NCBI GenBank assembly: GCA_963792965.1
Contig: CAWBYW010000038.1
Coordinates: forward strand, 1 to 51,422
Direction: 5' to 3'
Source of the DNA: an uncultured delta proteobacterium
Lineage (GTDB): Bacteria > Desulfobacterota > Zymogenia > Zymogenales > Zymogenaceae
Length of the DNA stretch: 51,422 nt
The number at the start of each line of letters is the position of its first letter. The first letter of the stretch is position 1. The position numbers and the translations under genes were made by a program. Shown here one piece after another: positions 10,631-21,022 of this stretch. A model generated the notes under the pieces. It worked only from the letters and a program-made list of their open reading frames with translations, did not search any database and was not told the DNA's origin.

Positions 10631-12346
10631 CTACAGCTTTCTCTTCAGCATCGCCCCTTCGTGAAATTGCGTGGCCGTCAGGTTCCAGTCAACGAGCACG
10701 CCCGTCTTGATCCGAGGCTCGGGGGGGACAAATCCGACGAGACGCTCCCTGATTTCGTCGTCCGACAGAGATACGTCGATGCGCCGTTTCTTCACGCTGA
10801 TGGTGACCAGGTCCCCGTCGCGAACGGCGGCAAGCGGCCCGCCGACGTAGGCCTCCGGCGAGATGTAGCCCGCGTAGAGCGCCCCCTCGGTGGCGCCGGA
10901 GAAGCGGGAGTCGGTGATCACCGCAACGTCGTTCAGCCCGAGCGCGTCAAGTATCAGCACCACCTTGAAGTTTTCCGAAAAACCCGGGCCGCCCCGCGGG
11001 CCCTGGTAACGGATGACCATCACGTCGCCTGACTTCACCTTTTCCGAGAGTATCCCCATGATGGCGTCAAGCTGCGTATCGAAGCATACCGCCGGCCCCG
11101 TAAATTCTCCCCCCGAGGGGCTGACCACCGTATGCCTGACGAGGGCCCCCTCGGGGGCGAGATTTCCCCGCATGACGACGATCCCGCCGGTGGGGAAGAC
11201 CGCGTTTGTGACCGGCCTGATCACGTCGTCGTCTCCCACCTCGGCCGCCCTGATCAGCTCTCCCATCGTCTTGCCCGCCGCCGTGGGCCGATCGTGGGTG
11301 ACGCGGCCCGTGAGCCGTTTGAGGAGGGCCGGGACGCCCCCCGCGCAGCCGAAATCGACCATCGAGTAGGGGCCGGAGGGTCGAAGCGGTGCGAGGTAGG
11401 GCGTGTTGTCGCCGATCGCCTGGAAATCGTCGAGGCCGGCTCCGAGCCCCATGGCGACGGACAGGGAAAGCAGGTGCAGGATACCGTTTGTGGAACCCGA
11501 CACGGCCATGATGACGCGAACGGCGTCCAGAAGCGATTCCTTCGTGACGATCTTGTCGAACGTAAGCTTTTCGGCGATCATGTGCATGATCGCGTGTCCG
11601 GTCTCGCGCGCCTCGTGTACCTTGGCTGTGTGGGCGCCGGGGGTCGTGGAGACACCGGGGAGGGTAAGGCCCATCGCCTCGGTGGCGATCATGGTGGTGT
11701 TTGCCGTGGTCAGCTCCGGGCAGGCCCCCGCGCAGGTGATCCAGCACGACTCCATGCGCGCGATTTCTTTGAAAAACTCTTCCTCACCAAGCTCTCCGGA
11801 AAGGACCATGTTGAGCCCGCGCACAAGTATATTTGTGGGAAAGACCGTCTCCGTGCCTTTCCACCGGCCGGGCTGGGCCGGCCCGCCGAGGAGAAATATC
11901 GTGGGGAGGTTTACGCGTGCGGCGCCGAGCCACATGCCGGGCACGATCTTATCACACGTGCCGATGCAGACCAGGCCGTCGGCCCCGTAGTTCATCATCT
12001 GGATCTCGATCGAATCGGCGATCACGTCGCGCTGGGGTAGATCGTAGAGGAGATTGATATCGTCGATGCTTTTGCTCTTTGCGTAGCCGGCGCAGGGGGC
12101 GATTACGGAAAACTCGATGGGCGTGCCCCCCGCCGCATAGATCGATTCCTTGACGTGGCGGGCAAGCTCTTTCAAGTGTACGTGCCCAACCCCGGCGTCC
12201 TGGGGGGAGTTGACGACGGCCACGATGGGACGATCGAGGTCCTTATCGATATAGCCGGACGCCTTCCAGTAGAACCGGTGGGCCTCCATTTTGCTCAATA
12301 TACCGAGGGCGCGCCCCCGCTCTTCGGGACCAAGCTTCTTTCCCAT
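10631..12346 (-). CDS. IlvD/Edd-family dehydratase (divergent)
   Basis: GHVHL, RDVIADSIE, CDKIVPG, GAC..TANT, GSTN..LHL, GNLAPEGA, YQGPRGGPG, TDSRFSG, SPEA..GGP. Confidence 0.88.
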   Translation of the reverse strand: MGKKLGPEERGRALGILSKMEAHRFYWKASGYIDKDLDRPIVAVVNSPQDAGVGHVHLKELARHVKESIYAAGGTPIEFSVIAPCAGYAKSKSIDDINLLYDLPQRDVIADSIEIQMMNYGADGLVCIGTCDKIVPGMWLGAARVNLPTIFLLGGPAQPGRWKGTETVFPTNILVRGLNMVLSGELGEEEFFKEIARMESCWITCAGACPELTTANTTMIATEAMGLTLPGVSTTPGAHTAKVHEARETGHAIMHMIAEKLTFDKIVTKESLLDAVRVIMAVSGSTNGILHLLSLSVAMGLGAGLDDFQAIGDNTPYLAPLRPSGPYSMVDFGCAGGVPALLKRLTGRVTHDRPTAAGKTMGELIRAAEVGDDDVIRPVTNAVFPTGGIVVMRGNLAPEGALVRHTVVSPSGGEFTGPAVCFDTQLDAIMGILSEKVKSGDVMVIRYQGPRGGPGFSENFKVVLILDALGLNDVAVITDSRFSGATEGALYAGYISPEAYVGGPLAAVRDGDLVTISVKKRRIDVSLSDDEIRERLVGFVPPEPRIKTGVLVDWNLTATQFHEGAMLKRKL

Positions 12347-12422
12347 ACTATCCTCTCGGCGTGTGTGTGATGTCGGCCGTATCTTATCGAAATCTGCGGC
12401 CTAAGGGAAGGAAAATTGGGAA

Positions 12423-12446
12423 GAAAAAGGGATCCATTGGATCCCT
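12423..12446 (-). terminator. Intrinsic terminator after yacG
   Basis: Minus strand AGGGATCC-AAT-GGATCCCT-TTTTC. Confidence 0.7.
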
Positions 12447-12526
12447 ATGCGGCTACCGGGTTTCAATCCATCTCCCTTCCGGACGGCCTCGACGAAGACA
12501 CACCAAGACGCGGTCGGGCATCCCGG

Positions 12527-12708
12527 CTATTCTTCGTCACGTGCGGCCTCGTCCGTGTTTGGGACTTCTTCTTCGGCCGCGATCGTGTAGGCCTGGTCCA
12601 GCCAGCGCCCGACTCAATCAGGCGGCAGCGGTCGCTGCAGAAGGGGAACGAATCGGTCGTCGAGGGGTGTCCGCAGCGGGGACAGGGCCGGGGCTTACGG
12701 TTGGTCAC
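12527..12708 (-). CDS. yacG: DNA gyrase inhibitor YacG (frameshift ~12610)
   Basis: [16 protein letters not shown], then the shifted frame [22 protein letters not shown](12527). Confidence 0.85.
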
Positions 12709-13105
12709 CTGTTGTACCTTTTGTACTGTCCGCGATCGTCTTCTCGATCAGGGCCGCGGCCTTCTCGTCCCCGGATTCTTTAGCCGCCATAAGGGCAAAA
12801 GAGAGCTTACCCTTCTGTTGGGCGTTCTTTATGAGGGCGGCCAGATCCTCTTTGGCAATCTCCCGGCCCAAATATCCCATGGCCTGGCGATAGAGGAAAA
12901 AGTCGCCCTCGGCCAGCGCCGACGCAGAGATTCGCTCCATCCCCTCGGTGAAGCCCGCGCGCCAGTAAAACTCGAGGGTGTCGTGAATCCTCCCCTCCTC
13001 TTCATAGAGCTCGCCGTAGGCGGTCAGCCGATCCGGGGAGGCCGGATTATGGTCGGGGTCTCCGTAGATGATAAGGCCTTTTTTAAGGGGATCCAAGAGT
13101 CTCAT
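12695..13105 (-). CDS. Hypothetical alpha-helical protein
   Basis: 136-aa ORF coupled to rpoZ (ATGA overlap) and overlapping the yacG start. Confidence 0.75.
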   Translation of the reverse strand: MRLLDPLKKGLIIYGDPDHNPASPDRLTAYGELYEEEGRIHDTLEFYWRAGFTEGMERISASALAEGDFFLYRQAMGYLGREIAKEDLAALIKNAQQKGKLSFALMAAKESGDEKAAALIEKTIADSTKGTTGDQP

Positions 13106-13428
13106 ATATCCTCTTCTTCATCCCCGGGCACGCCGTTAATTACCTCGAGGTCGTCCTCTTCGGTATCAATGACCTGTTCCTGTTCAATTACCTCGGAATA
13201 GGTCTCGAAGATGTCCTCTTCCGGAACGGTAAGCTCGTTGATATTCTCAAAGCTCACTTTTCCCGCGGCGATCTCTCTCAGGGCCCGCACCACGTCCTTG
13301 TTTTCCGGCGATTCCACCATGGTCTTGGATCCGCGGCGCAGCTGCTTGGTCCTTTGAGCCGCCAGGTGTACGAGCTGAAAGCGATTTTCCACCAGCTCCA
13401 GACAGTCTTCAACAGTTATCCGTGCCAC
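13102..13428 (-). CDS. rpoZ: RNA polymerase omega subunit with acidic C-terminal tail
   Basis: GTG start after GGAGGT; ARITVEDCL..NRFQLVHLAAQRTKQL..ALREIAAG. Confidence 0.95.
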   Translation of the reverse strand: MARITVEDCLELVENRFQLVHLAAQRTKQLRRGSKTMVESPENKDVVRALREIAAGKVSFENINELTVPEEDIFETYSEVIEQEQVIDTEEDDLEVINGVPGDEEEDI

Positions 13429-13432
13429 CTTC

Positions 13433-15212
13433 TTACCTCCCTTCCCGTGTTGTTGTAATATCGGACTCAAGGTCATCGACCAGGTCGGCGTTGACCTTGT
13501 ATACCTTATCCAGTGACGAGGATACGGCGGGAACATATTTGCCCTCGCCCTCCTCCTTGGCTTTCCCGAGGGCTATCGTGCCTATCTCTTTGGAGTCCTT
13601 GCCGATGACGGCAATGGTGATCTCGGGCTTATCGAGTCCCCATTTCTTGAGGTTGTCCTTCTTTTCGGCGAGGATGTCCGCGTAACTGATGTCCTCGATC
13701 CCGAGGATGAGGTACTTCATCGACTCGGCGTCGACCTCTTTTTTCTCGGGCTTGGTCATCTTCCACTGGCCCTTCTTATTATTGAACGCGTACGTCTCAT
13801 TCCCTTTGACGATGGTGACTTCTTCCACGTCTCCCGAGTCAAAGGTAAGCAGCGCCTTATTCTTCAGCGCGGAGAAAGTGGGAGAGAGCGTTGCGATCGT
13901 TTCGGTTGCGATCGAAAAGATGAAGTCCCCCTCGGAAAGATACCCGTATGATGTATCGCCGTTACCTCTCTTGATCCTGAGCTCGGCCTTATGCTCTTTA
14001 CCGTCGGCGGCCGCATAAGTGATCGAAAAGGCCATCGTCGGGGCGTCCAGACCGTATCTGCCGAGGCTTTTTGCAGGCTTCTCGACGACCTTCTCAAATT
14101 TCATCTCCTTGAGGTCCAACAGCAGCGTATCGATCGTGTTCTTGTCGCCTTTGGTCGACTCAGGCTTCGCTATCTTCCAGCCGTCCTTATCTCTCATAAC
14201 CGAAAGGGCGCCGTCCGGACTTTTCACCGTAAAGGAGTCGACCTCCGAGACCGTATAGGAGAACAGGCTCTTATCCATGATGAAGTCAGCCGAGACGGTC
14301 AGCTTGGCTTTGACCTTATCGGAGACCATGAACGCCCAGGGGTTGGCATCCCGCATGGCCCAATAGGAGCCCGCGGCCGCGGGCTTGCCGATGAGAAGGC
14401 GCGAGGTCGCGCCGTCGCTGTCAACAAGGGTAAGCGTGATCGTCGGCGGATCCAGGCCGAGGGCTTTTTTGTCCGCCGCTTTGTCCGCAAAGCCCTGGGC
14501 CTTCTCGTCGGCGATAAAGTCGAGGATATCGCGTATTTGCTCGGGATCGGCCCGAGCCTCAAACGGCTCGGTGATTATCCACGTGCCCTTTGGGTCCTTC
14601 TTGACGGTGACGGTTACGCCCAGCCGGGTTACCGAGAAAAGCGCGATATCGTCGGGCGAAAATGCGACGAGCGTCTTGTCTCTCAGCATCGTCGCATCCT
14701 TATTGAGATCGTCCTGCACGGACTTGTCCACGAGGAATATCCGGTCGTCTCCCTTCTTCAAGGCGTAGACCTGATCCCCCGCCGGGGTGGCGGCGCCGAG
14801 GAAGAGGGCCTGTGACTCGTCAGCCGAGCCCAGAATTACCGTTACTCTTCGGATCGACCAGCCCGAAATCGGAAAGCGAGCCGCGCAAGTCCTTCTTGGT
14901 GCCGAGGCTCTTCGTCGTCTCGGCATCGAGCGCCGATACGATGAACGACTCAACCTCCCCCGAGTCGGTTCCCGTCTCTACGGGGGCGGTCATCGTCCAG
15001 CGGTCCTGGCCCTTTTCTCTGACGAGGATAAGATTAGACTTACCCGTTGTGATCTTTATGGTGTTGAGGTCCTTGCTCTCGAGCGTGAAGATCTTATTTT
15101 CCTTTTCCTTCTCCTTTTCCTTCTTGGGAAGGTAGACCTTCTCCAGTACAACGTAGAACGAGACGACCGCAACGAAGACGATAAAGACGATCAGCAGATT
15201 TCTCGGCTTCAT
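13433..15212 (-). CDS. DUF4340-domain protein, three domain repeats (frameshift ~14840)
   Basis: N-terminal TM anchor (ORF 14820-15212) joined to ORF 13433-14953; repeated (F/L/Y/W)GL(V)DxP and W-x-(I/M)-x-x-P motifs; lies downstream of the GldG-like gene. Confidence 0.75.
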
Positions 15213-16687
15213 TCTTTAATTCTCCTCCTGATAAACACGATGATCCCCGCGCTCCCCACTGCCAGGGGGATAAAGACCACCGTGACCAGGAATATCAATA
15301 ATCCCTGGTATCCGGTAAGGAGGAGGGGGCTGGCCTTTTTTTCCTTGGGATGGATGCTGATGAGAACGTCGTTTCCCGCAAGCCAGTTGACGGAATTGAG
15401 AAAGATGTCGACGTTCGCGGAGTTGGATGCCGCGGCCACAAAATATCCGTTTGCTACGAACGCGGAGTTCCCGAAAACCACCACCTTGGCTTCTTTAGGG
15501 GCCGCGTTTTCGTTTTCAGGGGTCTCTGGTGTGATTTTCTTAGTGCCGATAAGCGCAACCGCCACCGGTCCCGGAAAATCGGTCCCCTTGTTAAACTCCG
15601 CCTTACCCTGACGGAGGCCGGCGATATCCGTCTCGGCCCAGCTGTTGGTGCCTGTTTTGACGAGGTACTGGAGGTTCCACCCGGCGCCTTCGGCCGTTTT
15701 GGTATCGATATCCGTGGAACGGGCGTACGGGAAGAATGAGAGCGCCTTGATATCCTTGGTGATCTGGTGCTGAAGGTACATGTTTGCTACGGGTATCAGA
15801 TAATCCCCGCCGAGCACCTTGCTGTCTCGGTCAATGATGATGTCATCCGGCATGGCGATCCCCATCTTTGAGAGAAACGCCGTCAGCTTGCGGGCGGCCG
15901 TTCCCGGATCGAGCATGACGAAGAGCGTGCCCCCCTTATTCAGATAGTCGGTGATGCCGGTGATCTCCTCGTCGAAGAGGTCCTTTTTCGGACCGGCGAT
16001 GATGAGCGCTACGGCGTCTTCCGGGACGCCCTTGGCCGTCGTGAGATCCAACGCCTTGACCGCGTAGTTCTGGCTCTCGAGGTCTGTCTTGATCTGGCTG
16101 AATCCTTCTTTCTCCTCGCTTGAGATATCGCGCTCGCCGTGCCCGGTCAGGAAGTAAACCGACTTGGCCTCACCGGACAATACCTTGATGATCGCGCTGG
16201 TGAGCTTCTCTTCCCCGGACGTAAGGATATCCTCTTCCGACAGCGTGACCCGCTCCTGCCGCTCTCCGTAGATAAGCACGATCGTATTATCCTCGGTCAC
16301 CTTATAGGTCATCGCCTCGCCTGGATTCAGGTTGAGGTCGACGAAGCGATAGATGAATTTGCCACCCGAGGCGTACTTGTACTGGTCCAACAGATCGCCG
16401 ACCTTGACCTTGGCGTCATCCTTGGTGACGAAGGCGACGGCCTTGAGCTGTTGGGTCAGTGATTTCATGACGTTCTTGGTCTCCGACGATACGGTGAACC
16501 GTTTGTCCTGCGTGAGGTCAAACTGCTTGTTGTGGTTATACGAGAGAACCTCAAGGAAAACAACCACGGCCAGCACCAGTACGACCGCCACCCCCGTGCT
16601 CAGACCGTATTTCTGCCCCCTCGTAAGGGGGGCAATTTCGGGCTTCTTGAACAAGTCTTTTATATTCGACAGGATTTTATTCATCAC
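15209..16687 (-). CDS. GldG-like ABC transporter auxiliary protein
   Basis: FDLTQDKRFTVSSET, YFLTGHGER, LIIAGPKKDL, N..FLNSVNWL; N- and C-terminal TM segments. Confidence 0.85.
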   Translation of the reverse strand: MMNKILSNIKDLFKKPEIAPLTRGQKYGLSTGVAVVLVLAVVVFLEVLSYNHNKQFDLTQDKRFTVSSETKNVMKSLTQQLKAVAFVTKDDAKVKVGDLLDQYKYASGGKFIYRFVDLNLNPGEAMTYKVTEDNTIVLIYGERQERVTLSEEDILTSGEEKLTSAIIKVLSGEAKSVYFLTGHGERDISSEEKEGFSQIKTDLESQNYAVKALDLTTAKGVPEDAVALIIAGPKKDLFDEEITGITDYLNKGGTLFVMLDPGTAARKLTAFLSKMGIAMPDDIIIDRDSKVLGGDYLIPVANMYLQHQITKDIKALSFFPYARSTDIDTKTAEGAGWNLQYLVKTGTNSWAETDIAGLRQGKAEFNKGTDFPGPVAVALIGTKKITPETPENENAAPKEAKVVVFGNSAFVANGYFVAAASNSANVDIFLNSVNWLAGNDVLISIHPKEKKASPLLLTGYQGLLIFLVTVVFIPLAVGSAGIIVFIRRRIKE

Positions 16688-17457
16688 TTGCTCCTCCAGC
16701 TGCGGGATTGCAGCGCCATGAGGGCCAGAAAAAGGAAGAAGAAGGTAAACAGTAAGTAGTAGACGACATCATGGGTGGAGATCACCCCCTTGGTGAAGCT
16801 CTCGATATGGGAGAGGAGCGAGATATCATCGAGGATCGCCCCACCGGTGAAGCCCACGACATCCTTGATCCAGTTGAGGACCCAGATGAGGATAAGGGCT
16901 CCAAAGGTGATGACCGCCGACACAACCTGCCGCTCCGTCACCGAGGACGCAAAGAGCCCAAGCGAAATAAAAGCGCTGGCCATCAGGATGACCCCGAGAT
17001 AGTTGGTTACGAAGACCCCCCATTCGGGCTGCCCGTAGGCGAACAGGAAAGCGGGGATAGGGAAGGTCAACGCGAACATGATGACCATAACCGTCTCGGC
17101 GGCCAGAAACTTCGCCAGGAGCACTTCGATATCCCTGACCGGATAGGACAAAAGGAGCTTGAGGGTGCCCGATCGTTTTTCCTCGGCGATCAGCCGCATC
17201 GTGATGATGGGCAGCATGAAGAGCATGATGACCGAGACATTGCCGAAAAACGGTCGTATGACCCAGTCACCCATGTTGAGGTACTGCGCATATTCGGGAA
17301 CACTCATGTATTCGGCCGTCGCCTTGCTGAAGGAAAACGCCATGGAAAAGAAGAAAAACCCGGATATGACCAGGAAGATGAAGATGATCACGTACGCCAC
17401 CGGCGACGTAAAATAGGATTTCATCTCTTTCTTGTACAGGACCCAGATCTTTTTCAT
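16684..17457 (-). CDS. ABC-2-type permease (GldF-like)
   Basis: KEMKSYFTSPVAY, PIITMRLIAEEKRSGT..LLS.P, GLFASSVT..QVVSA. Confidence 0.9.
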   Translation of the reverse strand: MKKIWVLYKKEMKSYFTSPVAYVIIFIFLVISGFFFFSMAFSFSKATAEYMSVPEYAQYLNMGDWVIRPFFGNVSVIMLFMLPIITMRLIAEEKRSGTLKLLLSYPVRDIEVLLAKFLAAETVMVIMFALTFPIPAFLFAYGQPEWGVFVTNYLGVILMASAFISLGLFASSVTERQVVSAVITFGALILIWVLNWIKDVVGFTGGAILDDISLLSHIESFTKGVISTHDVVYYLLFTFFFLFLALMALQSRSWRSK

Positions 17458-17462
17458 GGGTT

Positions 17463-18413
17463 CTAACCCTCCTTTTCATCCGTGACGAGTTTGATGAAGA
17501 TGTCTTCGAGGGTGACGTCCTGAACCCTCAATTCCGTGAGCTTAAAGTTCTTCTCAACGACCGCTTTGGCCAGGGCGGCCCGCAGCTCCCGGTCATTGCT
17601 GGACTCTACGTGGTACGTTGTCCCGAACGCGCCGGCCTCACCCGCTGAAACACCGGTCACCCCCGTGACGCCGGCAAGGGTCTTGGTTACCTCGGGCGCC
17701 GGGCCGTCGACGGTGATAATGACACGGCCGTGCGACTTCATCCGCTTGCCGAGGTTGTTGGGCGTATCCACGGCCACGAGCTCTCCCTCGTTGATGATGA
17801 TGACCCGCCCGCAAGACCTGGCTCACTTCGGGCAGGATGTGACTGCAGAGGATAATGGTGCGCTGCCCTGCAAGCCCCTTGATGAGGTTTCTTATGAGGA
17901 GATGATCTGCATCGGGTCAAGGCCGATGGTCGGCTCGTCTAAGATCAGGACCGGCGGGTCGCCGAGGAGCGCCTGGGCGATGCCGACCCGCTGGATGTAG
18001 CCGCGGGAGAGCTTCTTGATGCCCCGGTGGGACATGTCTCCGATCTCGGTGAGCTCAACGACCTTACCGATGGCGCCCTTTCTCTCCTTCTTTGTGATTC
18101 CCTTGATCTCGGCGACGAACGAGAGGTAGTCGATAACCGTCATATCGGTGTAGAGGTAGATATTTTCGGGCAGATACCCGATCCGTTCCTTGACCTTGAT
18201 GGGCTCGTCCATGACGTCGAACCCGTCCACGGTCGCGCTCCCCTCGGTGGGGGGGAAAAGGCAGGTGAGGATGGACATCGTGGTGGTCTTCCCGGCGCCG
18301 TTGGGGCCCAGAAAGCCAAGAATCTCACCCTTCTTGACGGAGAAGCTCACGTCCTTGAGGGCCGCATGGGACCCGTAATACTTGGTAAGGTGTTTTACCT
18401 CGATCATATCCAT
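17463..18413 (-). CDS. ABC transporter ATP-binding protein (GldA-like; frameshifts ~17895 and ~17815)
   Basis: GFLGPNGAGKTTTM, LSRGYIQRVGIAQA, LILDEPTIGLDP; C-terminal TLEDIFIKL in another frame. Confidence 0.9.
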
Positions 18414-18659
18414 AAAACTACCCCTTTGGGATGAAGGTTGTTATCCCGAATGGCTGACGTATGAACACGGCTTACAGGTTGTGAGTGATATCGGCCTTCT
18501 GGATCGGTTGGATCGATAAAAACGGCAAGCTGACGAGATATTTTCTATTTTTCTTGAAATGGAAGACATCGTTATAAGTAAAAAGAGCAAAATCAGAGAT
18601 CAAACTCCTGGTTTTCATCCGTTTTCGCTCCTTGGTTTTCGAGTCCACATAAATTTGTT

Positions 18660-18688
18660 ATTATATTGAAAAAAGCCGATAAAGTCAA
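18660..18688 (-). promoter_or_regulatory. Near-consensus sigma70 promoter for the Gld-like/rpoZ/yacG cluster
   Basis: Minus strand TTGACT-17 bp-TATAAT with an A-rich upstream tract. Confidence 0.75.
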
Positions 18689-18934
18689 TAACTTTCTTTT
18701 TTCTTCTTTTTGCAGGACGTGATCGTCCAAGACCTATTCCACACCTCCGTCTGGCCCACGGAACCCCGGGACGCGGGCACCGGAAAGGGCGTCCGGCCCC
18801 CCTGGGGTCTTTCCGCTCGGCCCGGCGTACGTGGACCGACGAAACCAAACCTCCGGGGTCAACTCGTTATCCGGCCGCCGGACGGTCTATTAACCATCCC
18901 CGCTCGTATCGTTTGACCGCGGCTGAATTTATGT

Positions 18935-18963
18935 TTGCCTATACAGCGGTTGCGGGGTATACT
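18935..18963 (+). promoter_or_regulatory. Sigma70 promoter, probably leaderless
   Basis: TTGCCT-17 bp-TATACT, 7 nt before ATG 18971; no SD. Confidence 0.65.
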
Positions 18964-18970
18964 TTATCCC

Positions 18971-20344
18971 ATGCTGTTTGAACGCATCGAATCCGAAGGG
19001 ATCGCGCACTACTCCTACCTCATCGGGGAGGGGACGGCGGCCGTCGTCATCGATCCCCGGCGTGACTGCAATATCTATATCGAGAGAGCGGCCGCCGACG
19101 GGATGCGCATCACGACGGTGTTGGAGACGCATCGAAACGAGGACTATGTCATCGGCTCCGTCGGGCTTGCCGTCAAGACGGGGGCCCGGATCCTCCACGC
19201 GGACGCCGGCCACGCGTATGGCTACGGGGAAGCGGCCAAAGACGGCGATATTGTCCATGCGGGCAAGCTCACGCTCCGGGCGATACACACCCCCGGGCAT
19301 ACGCTGGGCAGCATGAGCTGGCTGTTATCGGACCCCGATGGGAAGGCGTGGATGCTCTTTTGCGGGGACGTGCTGTTTGCCGGGGACGTGGGACGCGTCG
19401 ACCTGATGGGGATGGACCGGGCGCGCGAGCTCTCAAGCCTTTTGTTTGACTCTATCTTCAAGACGATCCTGCCCCTCGGCGATCATATACTCCTGTGCCC
19501 GGCCCACGGCTCGGGCTCGGTCTGCGCCGCGGACATCGCCGAGCGCACCTGGACGACGGTCGGCATCGAGCGGCTTTTCAACCCGAAGCTGAAATTCACC
19601 GACCGCGATGCGTTTATCACGGAGGTCGCCAAGGAGCTTGAGCGGCCCCCATATTTTGCCATGATGGAGCGGCTCAACCTCGAGGGGGCGCCAGCCGCCT
19701 TTTCGCCTCTCGTCGGGGCTCCCCTTTCGCCGGCGGAGTTTGAGGATCGGATGGAGGGCGCGATCATCCTGGATACGCGGATGGAGCTCTCTTTTTGCTC
19801 AGGTCATATTCGGGGCGCCCTCTCCATCTGGGAGGCGGGCCTTCCCTCGTTTGGGGGATGGTTTCTTGACTACGGGAAACCGATCCTGCTGGTAACGGAG
19901 GCGGACGACAGCACGCGGGCCGTGGAGTACCTCGTCCGGCTCGGGTTTGACCGGGTGGAGGGGGTCCTTGCGGGTGGTATGCTCTCCTGGCACATGGCCG
20001 GCAAGAACAGCGCCCGTATCGGCACCGTTACGGCCGAGGACCTCTCCTGCTCGCTTGACGAGAAGACGCCGGCGGGTAAAAAACCCTTTATCCTGGACGT
20101 GAGGAGCGGCAAGGAGCTCGAGACCGCTGGCAGGATAAGCGGCGCCCATCATATCCACCTTACCCAGATCCCCGGGCGGTTCGACGAAATCCCGAGGGAC
20201 CACCCCATCTTCGTCTTCTGCGGCAGCGGGCTGCGCTCCACGATCGTGGCAAGTCTGTTGGCGCAACGGGGATACGACGATCTGACCGTCGTCCTCGGCG
20301 GGCTGGCGGGGTGGCGCTCGGCCTCCTGCCCGGTCATACGGTAG
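18971..20344 (+). CDS. MBL-fold metallohydrolase with tandem rhodanese domains (persulfide dioxygenase-sulfurtransferase-like)
   Basis: VVIDPRRD, ETHRNEDY, HTPGHT, GDVLFAGDVGR, PAHGSGSVC, GHIRGA; C-terminal LDVR..CGSGLRS..GG..GW. Confidence 0.9.
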   Translation: MLFERIESEGIAHYSYLIGEGTAAVVIDPRRDCNIYIERAAADGMRITTVLETHRNEDYVIGSVGLAVKTGARILHADAGHAYGYGEAAKDGDIVHAGKLTLRAIHTPGHTLGSMSWLLSDPDGKAWMLFCGDVLFAGDVGRVDLMGMDRARELSSLLFDSIFKTILPLGDHILLCPAHGSGSVCAADIAERTWTTVGIERLFNPKLKFTDRDAFITEVAKELERPPYFAMMERLNLEGAPAAFSPLVGAPLSPAEFEDRMEGAIILDTRMELSFCSGHIRGALSIWEAGLPSFGGWFLDYGKPILLVTEADDSTRAVEYLVRLGFDRVEGVLAGGMLSWHMAGKNSARIGTVTAEDLSCSLDEKTPAGKKPFILDVRSGKELETAGRISGAHHIHLTQIPGRFDEIPRDHPIFVFCGSGLRSTIVASLLAQRGYDDLTVVLGGLAGWRSASCPVIR

Positions 20345-20519
20345 ACGGCGGCCTCGGAAAAGCGAACTATTCCCCGGTGCGCGGCGCAGCTCTCATAGAC
20401 GGTGTTCCCTCGATAGCCCCGGGCAATGCATCTATTTACAACGGTAGTCATATATCTTTTCCAACGTACGCCGGACGGCGGAGCATATCGATACCATCTA
20501 TTGTTACGGAGGTTATGCG

Positions 20520-21009
20520 ATGAACGAGATAAGCCCATTTGTCCTGTTGCACGCGGGCCTCGGAGACCTCGGGCTCCCTTTGTTTCCTCTGGATCGTGGT
20601 CGAGATCATCAACGGGAAGGAGGAGGGATTGAGGCGGGCGCGGATGTTCTCCGCTGCGGGGCTGATCCTACTCTTACTGAGTTGGATCGTGGGAGGATAC
20701 TATTACGTAGTGACCTACGGGAAGGTGGTCAAGCCGGTTATCCTCGGATCGACATATGCGTGGGCCCATGGGGTCATCATGGAGACAAAGGAACATGTCT
20801 TCCTGCTTATCCCGATCATGGCCGCCGTAGTTGTCATCGCGCTCTTTTCGGGCAAAAGCTTCAAGGAAATGGCCGGAAAGGGACGGACGGCGCTTGGTGC
20901 GCTTTCGGCCCTCGTCTTTCTGAGCAGTCTCTCGATGGCGCTGATGGGATTCCTGATCTCGGCGGCCGCCCGGGCCGCGCTGGCGGCCGGCACCGTGGTC
21001 GCACCATAA
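20520..21009 (+). CDS. Hypothetical 4-TM membrane protein with His residues (frameshift ~20573)
   Basis: RBS GGAGGT; MNEISPFVLLHAGLGDLG joined to SLCFLWIVVEII..GGYYYVVTYG..WAHGVIMETKEHVFLLIP. Confidence 0.7.
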
Positions 21010-21022
21010 AGGGGGAAGCGAT

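Noticed and set aside
12447-12526. SRP RNA-like GTCCGGAAGG on the minus strand
   Set aside because: Flanking CAGG and AGCAG of SRP helix 8 are absent
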